A stretch of 64,000 bases of DNA from Patescibacteria group bacterium (GTDB taxonomy: Bacteria > Patescibacteriota > CPR2 > UBA1875). Shown piece after piece: positions 9,878 to 20,053 of this stretch. The DNA is taken from contig JBGSRK010000010.1 in the NCBI GenBank assembly GCA_041737595.1, forward strand, positions 46,393 through 110,392, read 5' to 3'. Position 1 is the first letter of the stretch, and each line of letters begins with the position of its first letter. Both the position numbers and the translations under genes were made by a program. The notes under the pieces are model-generated. The model had not been told where the DNA came from. It saw only the letters and a program-made list of their open reading frames with translations, and ran no database searches.

Positions 9878-9921
9878 GTCCTAACCTCTAGACCCTGCCT
9901 GCCGCAGGCGGGGATGGGACC
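9878..9921 (-). pseudogene. tRNA-Glu 5' fragment (acceptor/D-arm copy) interrupted by a 19-nt GC palindrome
   Basis: GGTCCCATC[CCCGCCTGCGGCAGGCAGG]GTCTAGAGGTTAGGAC matches the first 25 nt of the intact tRNA-Glu, then diverges directly into the GIY-YIG ORF. Confidence 0.5.
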
Positions 9922-10081
9922 GTGGACGCCACAAATTATACCATTCTTGAGCGTAAATTTCAATTCTAAATTATAAAACAAATACTAAAGCTATAAAGAT
10001 AGTTATTAAATCTTTTTTTATATTATTATTTGGATTAGTTATGCTCATATCCACCTTAATGAATCAGATGGTTTATTCCAT

Positions 10082-10612
10082 CTATCTCTCAAGCCACTGC
10101 TGTTTAAGATAAACTTCAGAATCGTGATTATTTTGTAACCAATCTCGAAGTGAAAAAATATTAAGAACTACTAATGGTTTTGCCTTCATGATTTTGTTAT
10201 TTAGTTTGTAATAAATTTCTTCCTTGCCACCCAGAAATCCTAAGGCTATCGACTTCTTAATATTTGAAGTTTTTTTATTAACCCCATATGCACTTAAATC
10301 TAAAGTTGGTGTTATTTTCCAAAACCTTGGCAGATTATCATATGTGAATCCTTGATCACCTATATTCCCAACCTTCTCGACTCCCAGTTCTTGCATATTC
10401 TTATTATTTAAACCAACAAAAACAGTAAAATCAGGCTTTTTTGCGAACATTTTTCTAAGTTTTTCTTCTGCTGGTCTTTTATTAAATTTTTGATTGTAAC
10501 AATTCATTAATAACCCATATTTTGGTAATTTTTGATAATCGAAAACAGCCAATACATAAGTAAGTCCTAAGCTTGTTGGTATTTCTAAAATATCACCAAT
10601 TTTTATGTTCAT
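10082..10612 (-). CDS. putative immunity protein for the upstream RHS C-terminal toxin
   Basis: 176 aa ORF immediately 3' of the RHS toxin gene on the same strand with a 28-bp gap. This is the canonical toxin/immunity position. No catalytic motifs. Confidence 0.45.
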   Translation of the reverse strand: MNIKIGDILEIPTSLGLTYVLAVFDYQKLPKYGLLMNCYNQKFNKRPAEEKLRKMFAKKPDFTVFVGLNNKNMQELGVEKVGNIGDQGFTYDNLPRFWKITPTLDLSAYGVNKKTSNIKKSIALGFLGGKEEIYYKLNNKIMKAKPLVVLNIFSLRDWLQNNHDSEVYLKQQWLER

Positions 10613-10640
10613 CGATTCTCCAATGATATAATATTATCTA

Positions 10641-13600
10641 TTATCTTAATAGGGCTTTCGTACCTTCATTTATGTAATGGCTATAATTAGGGTTTAGTGT
10701 AGATATCCCATTAATTTTATTTGCTAAATTAGTCAAGCCACCGTTATTATCTATTAATATCTGTTCAACGCCTCTCGCCTGAGCGTAAGTAAGATTACTA
10801 TAAACTTCCTGCACGATACGACCATCAGAAGACCACTCTTTTGCCCTTCGTACTATATCAACCGTTCTCCCTACGTAGTTTATAACCCCAGCAGATTTCT
10901 CCACATATACCGAATAGGTCCTGTCTGCTAACCCATTAGCGGCGGTAATGGTTGTACTAGATGCCACCAAGGCTTTGGCCAATATCGTTACGGAAGCTGC
11001 TGTAATGCCAGCGCTAATAGCGCCACTAATTGCCCCGCCAATTGCACCCGCAGTACTGCCCTTACTAAAACCATTATTAAATGAGTTACCGATGCTTGAC
11101 TTTTTACCACTCGCCCTGTCGATAGCCACCTGGGTAAGACCTCCAGCAACCCCACCAGCCACATAACCGGCAAGTGCACCCGTTATTGCACCTGCAACGA
11201 ATGCACCAGCAACATAACCAGCACCTGTGCCAAGCCCTCCCGTAGCTAAGCCGACCACCGCACCCACCGCAACACCAACTACCGTCCCAACAACCCCACC
11301 AACAATGGCTGCAGCATTGTTTTTCACCCAGCTAAAAAAACCTTTACCACTAGGGTCAATCCTAGTAATTGGGTTATTGGCCGTGTAAAGATATGGATTT
11401 TGATCTAGCGCAAATTCACTGGCCACCACAGGATCTTTTGAAAAGAACCGGCCCGTTTCGGGATCATACATACGAACCTTCATGAAGTACTGTGCAAGGT
11501 CAGAGTCGTACCAATAAGAAGCATATAATCTAGGGTTAAGTTCATTGAGATTTGCAGGTACGGTGTCTGATATAGTTTCCGACTTAAGAACGTTACCCCA
11601 AGAATCATATTCATAATTAACCACCTTAGCACCGGTGGTGTCCGTAAGCCCCAGTACATCGCCCTTAGCATTTTTTACATATTGATACGTTTTAAATGTC
11701 CCATCTGAATTGTATATAGAGATACTGATAAGGTTTTCATTTTCATCCCAAGTATATGCCCTAATCAAATTGCCATTTAAATCAGACTCAGAAATCAGCA
11801 TATCTCCGTCATAAGAGAAATTTATATAAGATTTAGTACCCGCTGTGTCGGTTTTAATACGTTGGATTCTCCGTCCAGAATTTGAATCATAAATGTACTC
11901 AATAACAACACCAGAAGGCAAAATTGCTTTCTTGAGCTTATTTGAACTATCATATTCATAGTTGGTAATACCTGATTTACTGTTGTTGCGACTTGTAACA
12001 TTCCCTGATTTATCATAAGAAAAAGTAGCCGAATAACTATTATTTTCGTCGTTGGCCGTGTAATTATACTGAGTAAGCTTATTACCATCACCGTTCTCAT
12101 CATAAGTATAATTTATAACGCCATCAGAACCATTTCGTGTGAGTCGGTTACCGGCAATATCATAACTATAACTATATTTTTCATCTTCAGTTAATTGGTT
12201 CCTTACATCATAGGAATAATTAAATCTTTCTTGCCTTACTTTATCAATTATCGAGGTAACGTTTGAATTGGCATCATATTCATAACCAAACGACGCCAGA
12301 ACCATAGCATTGCGATTAGTAGTTACCGTTGATATAGTACGTCCACCATTGTCATAACCAAATCTAGTTATATCACCATTTGCTTTTGTAATTTGAGTAA
12401 TTTTACCTTCCGCATCTCGCAATATTTGACCACTTGCCAGTACAGCGCCATTACTATTTTGTATATTAGTCACACCAGTCACCTGGTTATTCACATCGTA
12501 AGTCAGACTCACTGTATTTGTTGCGGAAACAGATTGAGTGATATTACCGGCTGCATCTACAGCATCTCTTGCAATACCATTAGTATTTGTTGCAATTTGA
12601 GTAGGTCTATTAACTGGGTCATAACTTACTGAAACGGTTTCGGAACCAGATGAAACCTGGAGATCATCAAAGGAAGCATTAGTTTGATAAGTCGCAAGTT
12701 CTATTTGACCTTCTTTAAGTCCACGCGTAAAGGTGTAATCAATAACTTTTACATTATTTACATATAGTTTTACATTTTCACCCAAAGACACAATTTTTAT
12801 GTTGTACCATGTATTTACAGCCAAAGTCCCAGTACCATTTGCGTATTGTTCTGTCTGACCAGTTATTACTGCCCCGGCACGCCATAATGAACCGATGTAG
12901 CCAATATAATAGTTATTGGCTCCACTAGAGCGATAAAGTAATCTAAAATACGGAGCAGTGGTTGAAGAACGGCGTACTCTAAATTCAACTGTACCATTAG
13001 AAAAGTTTAGATTTCGAATAGTGCTTTTACGATAAGTAGTTATAGCAGTTGAACTATCGGTTTGATTATATGTACCGCCAGTTAGATTCCAGCTACCAGA
13101 TATAGGCGCAAGTGAATCTTGGCGTGTAATATTAAAATCGTTTTTATATAACAATTTATTCACACTTGTAGTACCAGTAACTGCTGTTACATTATGATTT
13201 TTGTCATAAATATTATTTGAGCCACCCTCAGGAGTTACTGAATTTACAACAGCGCCCATCTTGTCATAAGTAGAAGTAGAGGTATTCCCCTTTTCGTCAG
13301 TAGTAGAAACAATATTCCCATTTCTATCATAAGTTACATTTATCGTATTACCTTCTGGGTCGGTCTGTGAAATAATTTGATTTAATACATCAAAGTTATA
13401 AGTAAAAATCTTTCCTTTTGCGTTTATCATTTTTACTTTATTCCCCACCTTGTCATATTCAAATTGAGTAGTAGCACCAGCTTCATCTGTCGCTTTTATC
13501 ATACGACCCAGTAAATCATAATCCATTAATCTTGCATTGCTTTTAGGGTCAGTTGTCTTGATTACATTACCACCTACACTATATTCAGTAATAATTGTTG

Positions 13601-16600
13601 TTCCTAAAGGATCAGTAACTTTTACTGGCCGATTAAGTCCGTCATATTCAATAGTAGAAATCTTACCAAGCGTAGATATATTCTTTATAATTAGCCCAAT
13701 ACTGTTATATTCGTTAGTCATAATTTCTCCTTTAGGAGTAACAGCCGTAAGAATATCTCCCTCCGAATTATAGGTATAACGGCTTACTTGTAATTTAGGG
13801 TCAGTAACCGAAACTATTCTGCCCATCGCATCATACCCATAAGTAGTAACCTTGGCGTTACTGTCGGTAACACTTAAAAGAAGTCTTTTACCATCTGTAG
13901 AATAAGTATATCTTGTAATTTGACCCTTCATATCTGTAGAAGAAGTCATATCATTCCCTACATATACATAAGTAGTTTTATTACCATCAGGATAAGTTGT
14001 CTCTAATAGATTACGATTAACATCATATTTATAATTTATGGAGTAGTAATAAATATCGTTTGTAGCAAGATCAGGGAATGTTTTTGTAAGATTAAAATTT
14101 ATATCATAAACATATTTTTCACGATAATTTTTAGCATTTGTCATCGTAGACAACATATTTGCACTATCAAACCCCAATTTAGTCACTCGACCAAGAGGGT
14201 CAGTAATAGTTGTTAATCTATCGACATATGTAATATTTGTTGCATTTCCGAGAGCATCCGTAATTGCATTAACTTTGTCCCCAGTATATGTTATCGAAGT
14301 AACAGCACCAGCTTTATCCCTAAATCTTTCTAATTTACTTGTTTCAATATATGAATATTCATAATAATTATCTTGACCATCAAACACTTTAGATAACACT
14401 CCATTTGCATCATATTCGTAACGAACCGCTTGATTTGCATTATTATTAACCTTTATTAGGCGACTGGCGGCATTATACTCAAACGCAAGTGACCGATTCT
14501 GATTAATTATACGTGAACAAAGACCATTAACATATTCATAACTTAAAGTATTACCTAATAAATTCGTTTTACGACTTATTTTCCCATCGGTACCAAAATA
14601 GCTTTTGTTACCAGATTTATCTAAAAGATAATATGTTCCATCCAAATTTTTAGTTAGAGATACAGTTATTCCTGCTGGTTTCTTATAGGTACCATCAGTA
14701 TTTTTTGTATATACATTAATATTTCCTGATCCATTTTTGTAATAGATATTTTCAGGATCAGATATATACAACCTCTCCTCAAAACTAGCACTCCAACCAC
14801 TCCCTAATACACCTTGATCTTTCCAAATTTCAGGGTTATAAGTACTATATATAAGCCCACTTAATGGTTGAGCAGATGTATTTGTAAATCTCGCCGACAT
14901 CTGCCAGCTGGCGGAGCCTTGAGAAACCTTTAAGGTAAGTGAGTTCCAGCCCTGTCGCAAATTTGCAGATACTATGTCACTATCAAGAGTTAGTGTTCTA
15001 GTAATTTCTCGAGAAATAAGAACTGTTCCATTTAACCAAGCCTTAATCCCATCATCAGAACCTAATCTTAATTGTACTGTCTGATCTGACGGTGAATAGA
15101 CATAAACATGAGCGTAGGCAGAAACATTAGTGGCCGTATCTACTTGGAAATTTGATAAACGGTGAAAAACCTGATTAAGTCTAACTTGAGTAGTCTCTGT
15201 TTCTGTTTCGGGGGCCCATAGATTATTACTTCCAGTCATACCTGGGCTTGGTTTCATAGTAGCTTCACCAGGTATAAATGCTTTAGTCAGCCTACTAGCA
15301 ACCACTGCTTCTTTATATGGACCATTAAAAAGCCATGTCTTTATATACCCATTTGCATCTTGATTAAAAGTCTTATTAGAAAGCTGATTTGAATCATAGC
15401 TTCTGCTAAATGAAACACCACCAATACTTGAAGGTACTGACATATCAGTAGAACTATAAGAAATTCCACCCGTTACAGCATCAACTGGCCCTACTTTAGA
15501 ATAAATCGAGTCAGACCCAATATGAGTTATAGAAGAAAATGATGGAGCACTTACCGTAACGGTTTTGAGACCCTTAACTACACCTTGATCAGAAAACCAA
15601 GTAATACCTGGCTGTATCATATCCCATTGAAGAGTATATGACCCAGCAATAGTTGGCACCTTCACTTTTGCTAAAACCGTTGTTATCCCACCCTTAGCAG
15701 CCACATTTGCTGGTATATCTGTCTGTAGCCCTGATTTTAAGACGGCACCGGTAGTATTATTAACCCAGTGATAACTAACCTTAGTTTGGCTAGATAACCA
15801 AACATTTCTACCCGTGTTTACAACTGTAATTGGAACTTCCGTCGTTGTACCTGCAAACATGGACGGTACATCAGTAGGATAATAAGTAGCATTATAATCA
15901 TTATAACTAACGGTTAATTTAGGATAACTATTACTGTAGTCAGGGTTATTCTTGGAAACCCAGGTGCGATAGCCCCAAGTACCTTCTGCGGTAGAGGCAA
16001 AACCAATAGAACCAATCCAAGATCCCGTGCTATTTCCACCTTCATACCAATGTCTCACTAGACTCGATACATCTTGATGGTACCAACCATATGGGTTTGC
16101 TTGTGAAGCAGACCCCCAACTATTAAGAAAAGCTGGTTTATTATTCCAATAAACATTAGTGGGGTTATAAGAAGCAGTTGTATAAGCAGTTACACTACTT
16201 GTAGGACAAACTCCATTACAGTTACCATATTGGTAAACATCAAAAGCAGCACTTAAAATTCGAGCACCAGAAAGGTCAGGTAAAGTAAACTTTGTTTCGG
16301 TTCTCATAATCCCTTTTGTTGAACCAGTCCCTACATATAATGCACGTTGATCCCACGATGTTGTTGTAGGATAACCACTTTGGACATAAGAATCCTCGGT
16401 TACATATTGAGTAATTGTAGGATCAATATAAATTGGGAATACACGCTCAGGTGCACTAAGCCACCTTAAGTCAGGTTTTACTGTTAAACGATAACCACCA
16501 GTAATAGTGCTTAAAACAGTGGGTACATTATAATTATATGAATTCTGTTCATTATCTTTACCACCTTTCGAATCCCACATTAAAAAACGTGGGATACGAA

Positions 16601-17309
16601 ATATTTCAGTATTAGTTCTTGCACTTACAATTTTATATGAACCATCACCTATCGCCGCAATTGTCCCACCACTTACAGCTAAGTCAAAAGAAAATTCTCC
16701 TAAAGAACTCTGTTTATAAAGTGTAATATATTCTTTTATACCATCATTAACTGAGTAAAAAGTTAAATCAGTATTTGGTATTACATTGGCATAATTAAGT
16801 TTATTAGTACCAGTTGTATAAGTTTTTGATGAAGCAGTTGATTTTGTAAGAAGCGTAGCACCTGTTTTAGATTTGAATTCACCAATATTGGCAGTAATAG
16901 AAACACCATCTTTATTTAATGAAAAACTTTTTTTTGAAAGATTCTTACTGAGTCTTAAATCAAAACTATTTTTATTATTTTTATAATCATCACCATATAA
17001 AAGACTACTTAAAAGACCAGTATCCGTAATATTTGAATCAATGTCCTCAAAAGTCCTTACATTATTTATTGTACTTTCATAATGCATAGGTATTTCGGCT
17101 GTTACTAGCTCCTTACTACCATCGGACTTAAGATAAATTTTGCTATTTTCTGTTCTTTTTGATGTAAGTTCTATTTTACCAGTGGCGGGTGGGGTAGGTT
17201 CTGCCTCAGCCGTAGCATCAGCAGCAGCAAAAGCAACTGATGGAGTAACTGGTAAAAGAGAAAACATCATTATAAATATTAAAAACCAGGAAAACATTTT
17301 TCTAAGCAT
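10641..17309 (-). CDS. secreted RHS/YD-repeat polymorphic toxin, 2222 aa: signal peptide, PA14-like and LamG-like inserts, YD repeats, RHS core (…YDPETGRFFSKDP…DPSGKG), Gly/Ala/Val-rich glycine-zipper segment, C-terminal GIY-YIG-like nuclease toxin domain
   Basis: N-terminal MLRKMFSWFLIFIMMFSLLPVTPSVAFA signal and many YEYD/YTYD/FEYD repeats. RHS core motif present. C-terminal YSVYVEKSAGVINYVGRTVDIVRRAKEW…GVEQIL resembles a GIY-YIG (URI) fold. GGAGGAGG RBS 5 nt upstream. GC clearly above the genome background. Confidence 0.85.
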   Translation of the reverse strand: MLRKMFSWFLIFIMMFSLLPVTPSVAFAAADATAEAEPTPPATGKIELTSKRTENSKIYLKSDGSKELVTAEIPMHYESTINNVRTFEDIDSNITDTGLLSSLLYGDDYKNNKNSFDLRLSKNLSKKSFSLNKDGVSITANIGEFKSKTGATLLTKSTASSKTYTTGTNKLNYANVIPNTDLTFYSVNDGIKEYITLYKQSSLGEFSFDLAVSGGTIAAIGDGSYKIVSARTNTEIFRIPRFLMWDSKGGKDNEQNSYNYNVPTVLSTITGGYRLTVKPDLRWLSAPERVFPIYIDPTITQYVTEDSYVQSGYPTTTSWDQRALYVGTGSTKGIMRTETKFTLPDLSGARILSAAFDVYQYGNCNGVCPTSSVTAYTTASYNPTNVYWNNKPAFLNSWGSASQANPYGWYHQDVSSLVRHWYEGGNSTGSWIGSIGFASTAEGTWGYRTWVSKNNPDYSNSYPKLTVSYNDYNATYYPTDVPSMFAGTTTEVPITVVNTGRNVWLSSQTKVSYHWVNNTTGAVLKSGLQTDIPANVAAKGGITTVLAKVKVPTIAGSYTLQWDMIQPGITWFSDQGVVKGLKTVTVSAPSFSSITHIGSDSIYSKVGPVDAVTGGISYSSTDMSVPSSIGGVSFSRSYDSNQLSNKTFNQDANGYIKTWLFNGPYKEAVVASRLTKAFIPGEATMKPSPGMTGSNNLWAPETETETTQVRLNQVFHRLSNFQVDTATNVSAYAHVYVYSPSDQTVQLRLGSDDGIKAWLNGTVLISREITRTLTLDSDIVSANLRQGWNSLTLKVSQGSASWQMSARFTNTSAQPLSGLIYSTYNPEIWKDQGVLGSGWSASFEERLYISDPENIYYKNGSGNINVYTKNTDGTYKKPAGITVSLTKNLDGTYYLLDKSGNKSYFGTDGKISRKTNLLGNTLSYEYVNGLCSRIINQNRSLAFEYNAASRLIKVNNNANQAVRYEYDANGVLSKVFDGQDNYYEYSYIETSKLERFRDKAGAVTSITYTGDKVNAITDALGNATNITYVDRLTTITDPLGRVTKLGFDSANMLSTMTNAKNYREKYVYDINFNLTKTFPDLATNDIYYYSINYKYDVNRNLLETTYPDGNKTTYVYVGNDMTSSTDMKGQITRYTYSTDGKRLLLSVTDSNAKVTTYGYDAMGRIVSVTDPKLQVSRYTYNSEGDILTAVTPKGEIMTNEYNSIGLIIKNISTLGKISTIEYDGLNRPVKVTDPLGTTIITEYSVGGNVIKTTDPKSNARLMDYDLLGRMIKATDEAGATTQFEYDKVGNKVKMINAKGKIFTYNFDVLNQIISQTDPEGNTINVTYDRNGNIVSTTDEKGNTSTSTYDKMGAVVNSVTPEGGSNNIYDKNHNVTAVTGTTSVNKLLYKNDFNITRQDSLAPISGSWNLTGGTYNQTDSSTAITTYRKSTIRNLNFSNGTVEFRVRRSSTTAPYFRLLYRSSGANNYYIGYIGSLWRAGAVITGQTEQYANGTGTLAVNTWYNIKIVSLGENVKLYVNNVKVIDYTFTRGLKEGQIELATYQTNASFDDLQVSSGSETVSVSYDPVNRPTQIATNTNGIARDAVDAAGNITQSVSATNTVSLTYDVNNQVTGVTNIQNSNGAVLASGQILRDAEGKITQITKANGDITRFGYDNGGRTISTVTTNRNAMVLASFGYEYDANSNVTSIIDKVRQERFNYSYDVRNQLTEDEKYSYSYDIAGNRLTRNGSDGVINYTYDENGDGNKLTQYNYTANDENNSYSATFSYDKSGNVTSRNNSKSGITNYEYDSSNKLKKAILPSGVVIEYIYDSNSGRRIQRIKTDTAGTKSYINFSYDGDMLISESDLNGNLIRAYTWDENENLISISIYNSDGTFKTYQYVKNAKGDVLGLTDTTGAKVVNYEYDSWGNVLKSETISDTVPANLNELNPRLYASYWYDSDLAQYFMKVRMYDPETGRFFSKDPVVASEFALDQNPYLYTANNPITRIDPSGKGFFSWVKNNAAAIVGGVVGTVVGVAVGAVVGLATGGLGTGAGYVAGAFVAGAITGALAGYVAGGVAGGLTQVAIDRASGKKSSIGNSFNNGFSKGSTAGAIGGAISGAISAGITAASVTILAKALVASSTTITAANGLADRTYSVYVEKSAGVINYVGRTVDIVRRAKEWSSDGRIVQEVYSNLTYAQARGVEQILIDNNGGLTNLANKINGISTLNPNYSHYINEGTKALLR

Positions 17310-17339
17310 TTTAGACCTCCTCCCCCAATTTATTAGTAC

Positions 17340-17370
17340 AAAAAAGACCGCACAGGGCGGTCGTAAAAAT
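17340..17370 (-). terminator. rho-independent terminator-like hairpin (GACCGCCCTGTGCGGTC + T-run on the minus strand)
   Basis: Perfect 7-bp GC stem followed by TTTTTT in minus-strand sense, between the kinase and RHS genes. Confidence 0.5.
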
Positions 17371-17611
17371 ATCCTCTAACGCTATTATAGCCAGTGAGTT
17401 GTAAAACGACAGGCTTGTATGCCTGTCCCCCTTTCTCAAAACATTAAGCGAACTGCTCAACATTGATAATCCTTATATTTAATTAAGCTAATACTATACC
17501 TAGGTATAATTAATGTCAATAGTTTTTATTTGTCATCTTAGTTATGGCTAATAATAGTAAGTAAGCGGTAGAGTATATTATTTTTGCTTGTCCCTAAATT
17601 TCAATTATAAA

Positions 17612-20017
17612 TTATGATTTTACTTTTAGTTCTTTTGCAGTTTGTTCGAGGTCTTTTTTATCTACACTATCAGGAAGGGGCGTTTCAATCCCTGCTGCTT
17701 TTGTTGCAATCACATCTCCTGTGGCAATTGGACTCCCAGGTGTAACAGTTGCTCCTATTTCTGCTTTTGTATTTTCTAAAACTGATGGGCTAACCCCTAT
17801 TCCTGCAGCAAGTTCTCCAATAGCTGGGGTTGTAGGAGAACCAGGTGTTGGGGCAGGAGCAGAAGCTCGTTTTATTTTTAATTTTGATTTTATTGGTAAT
17901 TTAAATCCAAATACTGATCCTTTGCCTTCTTCTGAATGAAAAATAAGTTCTCCACCATGATCATCCATAACACGTTTTGCAAGATAAATCCCAAGCCCTG
18001 TTCCATCTGGACGAACATGTCTTGCGTTATCGGCTCGATAAAACTTAGTAAACAAATTTGCCTGTTGAGCCTTAGGGACACCAATACCTGTATCTGTTAC
18101 TTTAAAAATAACGTTTTCTTTATCATGTTCAAGGGTTATTGTGGCACTTCCTTCAGTCGTATAATAAACCGCATTATCTATAAAATTCATCATTACCTGT
18201 CTTATTTTTGTTTCGTCGGCCCAAACATGAGGAGTTTTGCCCTTTATTACAAGTGATAATTTTAATTTCTTTTCTTTAGCATGATTTTGTAATTGTTTAA
18301 CTTCTTCCCCTGCCACTCTTTCCATATCAATCTCCACTGGTTCAATAAAAAATCTGCCTGTTTCCATTCTTGATACATTCAAAAGATCATTTATTAACCC
18401 AACCATACGATTTGCGCCCGAAAAAGCCTCGTTTACGAAGTCGTATTGTGAAACTTTTATTTCCCCTGCATCACCTTCAAGCAACATAGAAAGATAGCCC
18501 TTGATGGCTGTAAGTGGTGTACGAAGCTGATGAGAAGCCATTGAGATAAATTCATCCTTAGCTTTATCAAGTTCTCGGAGCTGACTATTCTTTTTTTCAA
18601 GTTCATGAGTTGCTTTTTTAATCTCCTGCCGTAAAGTAACATTAAATTTTTCAATCTTTTCAAAAGACTTTGCATTAGTAATCGCAACTGCCATTTCTGG
18701 AGCAATAATTTCAAATATTTTATGATCAGAACCAGAATACATATCACCAGATTGTTTTTCGCCAAGAAGAAGTACACCAACTGTGTCTGCATTTGTTTTT
18801 ATCGGCACAGAAACAGAAACATTATATTTTTTTAGAAGTTTTTTATAATGAGATGAGTCTTCTAATTCATCACTAATTAATATGCCATCTTTTGCAAGCT
18901 TAACTATATCTGCTTCTTCTAATTTTATTGCTTCTTTATAACCTATGGTTTGAGAATTATATATCTCGCCAACATCTGTTAAAACAACTAAAACCCCTCT
19001 TGTAATTTTCATTTCACGCTGCAGAAGTTCAAGTATTTTATACATCATTTCAATAAGAACAATTGTGGAACCGATTGTATGCGCAAAAGTATCTAGAAGT
19101 GCCTCTGGATCATATTGATTTTTAAAGAATATTTTATCTGTAATACGCGTAATCCAACGCTTAAGTGGTTGGAAAGAGAAAGCCATAAGAACAGCAAGAG
19201 TTGTACGAACGGCCATTTGTCCAAGATTTAATGTGTTTTGTCCTGGGAATAAAATACGCTCAAATCCAAAAACACCTCCAGCGTAAATTGCCGCCATTGA
19301 AAATACCAGAATTGAATACGCCACAGACCGCGCCACCACCATCCGAATATCCATCATTTTATGTTTGACAATCGCATAAGCAGTAAATGATAAGAAGAAA
19401 ATTAAAGAAGAAGGGATAATGCTTGAACCAACAATCTTCCCTAACATTAAAGAAATCCCCAAAATTGACAATGCAATAACAGCAGTTAAAAATACTCCAA
19501 AAAACATCAGTTTAATCTGTTCTCTAACTATCCCTTTTGATTTATAGCGCTTATATAAAAGCATGCTAAGGGCTAAAATTGAATATAAAATAAAATATAT
19601 TTGAAAATATATATAAAGTTGGCCTGGAATCATTTCAGCTATATTCCCATCAACTATATTTACAGATAAATTTGAATTACTTAATAAATAAGGGAGAAAG
19701 AATAAAGGTGGCAAAAATAAAACTAGTTTGAATATTTTATTAATTTTTGGTTTTTCAATAGGAAAATATATAGAAAAAAGCAATAAAAAAGAAGCAATAA
19801 ATAATGCTCCTAATAATGTGGTCCTAGACCAAAAAAGTTCTCCACTTACAGTACTTGAAAAATCGGCAAGTATATTAGTTATTAACCATAACACCATTGA
19901 TGCACCAATCCCGGCAAAACTAATATTGATACTGTTTTTTATATTACGCAACAAAACTAATATTGAAATAAATATTGTTACTAATAAAACTAAAATTCCA
20001 ACGTATGTTCCAAACAC
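17612..20017 (-). CDS. sensor histidine kinase with N-terminal multi-TM sensor domain, HisKA (SHQLRTPLTAIKGY), HATPase_c and a Pro/Thr/Gly-rich C-terminal tail
   Basis: ~9 TM helices at the N-terminus, then H-box, then N/G1/G2 boxes (NFIDNAVYYT, DTGIGV, GLGI). 801 aa. Confidence 0.85.
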   Translation of the reverse strand: MFGTYVGILVLLVTIFISILVLLRNIKNSINISFAGIGASMVLWLITNILADFSSTVSGELFWSRTTLLGALFIASFLLLFSIYFPIEKPKINKIFKLVLFLPPLFFLPYLLSNSNLSVNIVDGNIAEMIPGQLYIYFQIYFILYSILALSMLLYKRYKSKGIVREQIKLMFFGVFLTAVIALSILGISLMLGKIVGSSIIPSSLIFFLSFTAYAIVKHKMMDIRMVVARSVAYSILVFSMAAIYAGGVFGFERILFPGQNTLNLGQMAVRTTLAVLMAFSFQPLKRWITRITDKIFFKNQYDPEALLDTFAHTIGSTIVLIEMMYKILELLQREMKITRGVLVVLTDVGEIYNSQTIGYKEAIKLEEADIVKLAKDGILISDELEDSSHYKKLLKKYNVSVSVPIKTNADTVGVLLLGEKQSGDMYSGSDHKIFEIIAPEMAVAITNAKSFEKIEKFNVTLRQEIKKATHELEKKNSQLRELDKAKDEFISMASHQLRTPLTAIKGYLSMLLEGDAGEIKVSQYDFVNEAFSGANRMVGLINDLLNVSRMETGRFFIEPVEIDMERVAGEEVKQLQNHAKEKKLKLSLVIKGKTPHVWADETKIRQVMMNFIDNAVYYTTEGSATITLEHDKENVIFKVTDTGIGVPKAQQANLFTKFYRADNARHVRPDGTGLGIYLAKRVMDDHGGELIFHSEEGKGSVFGFKLPIKSKLKIKRASAPAPTPGSPTTPAIGELAAGIGVSPSVLENTKAEIGATVTPGSPIATGDVIATKAAGIETPLPDSVDKKDLEQTAKELKVKS

Positions 20018-20053
20018 TTTCCCTCCGAATTTAATAAGCTATAAACCATTATA

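Noticed and set aside
10948-11179. ORFs 10948..11166 (+) and 10988..11179 (-) inside the RHS gene
   Set aside because: They are out-of-frame or antisense readings of the GC-rich Gly/Ala/Val-encoding segment of the RHS toxin. The stretch is open in several frames because of composition.
17384-17440. Sequence resembling M13/lacZ-alpha primer region (GCCAGTGAG…TTGTAAAACGAC)
   Set aside because: Only two short segments match, and they are in permuted order relative to pUC/M13. The surrounding sequence is native AT-rich intergenic DNA, so vector contamination is unlikely.
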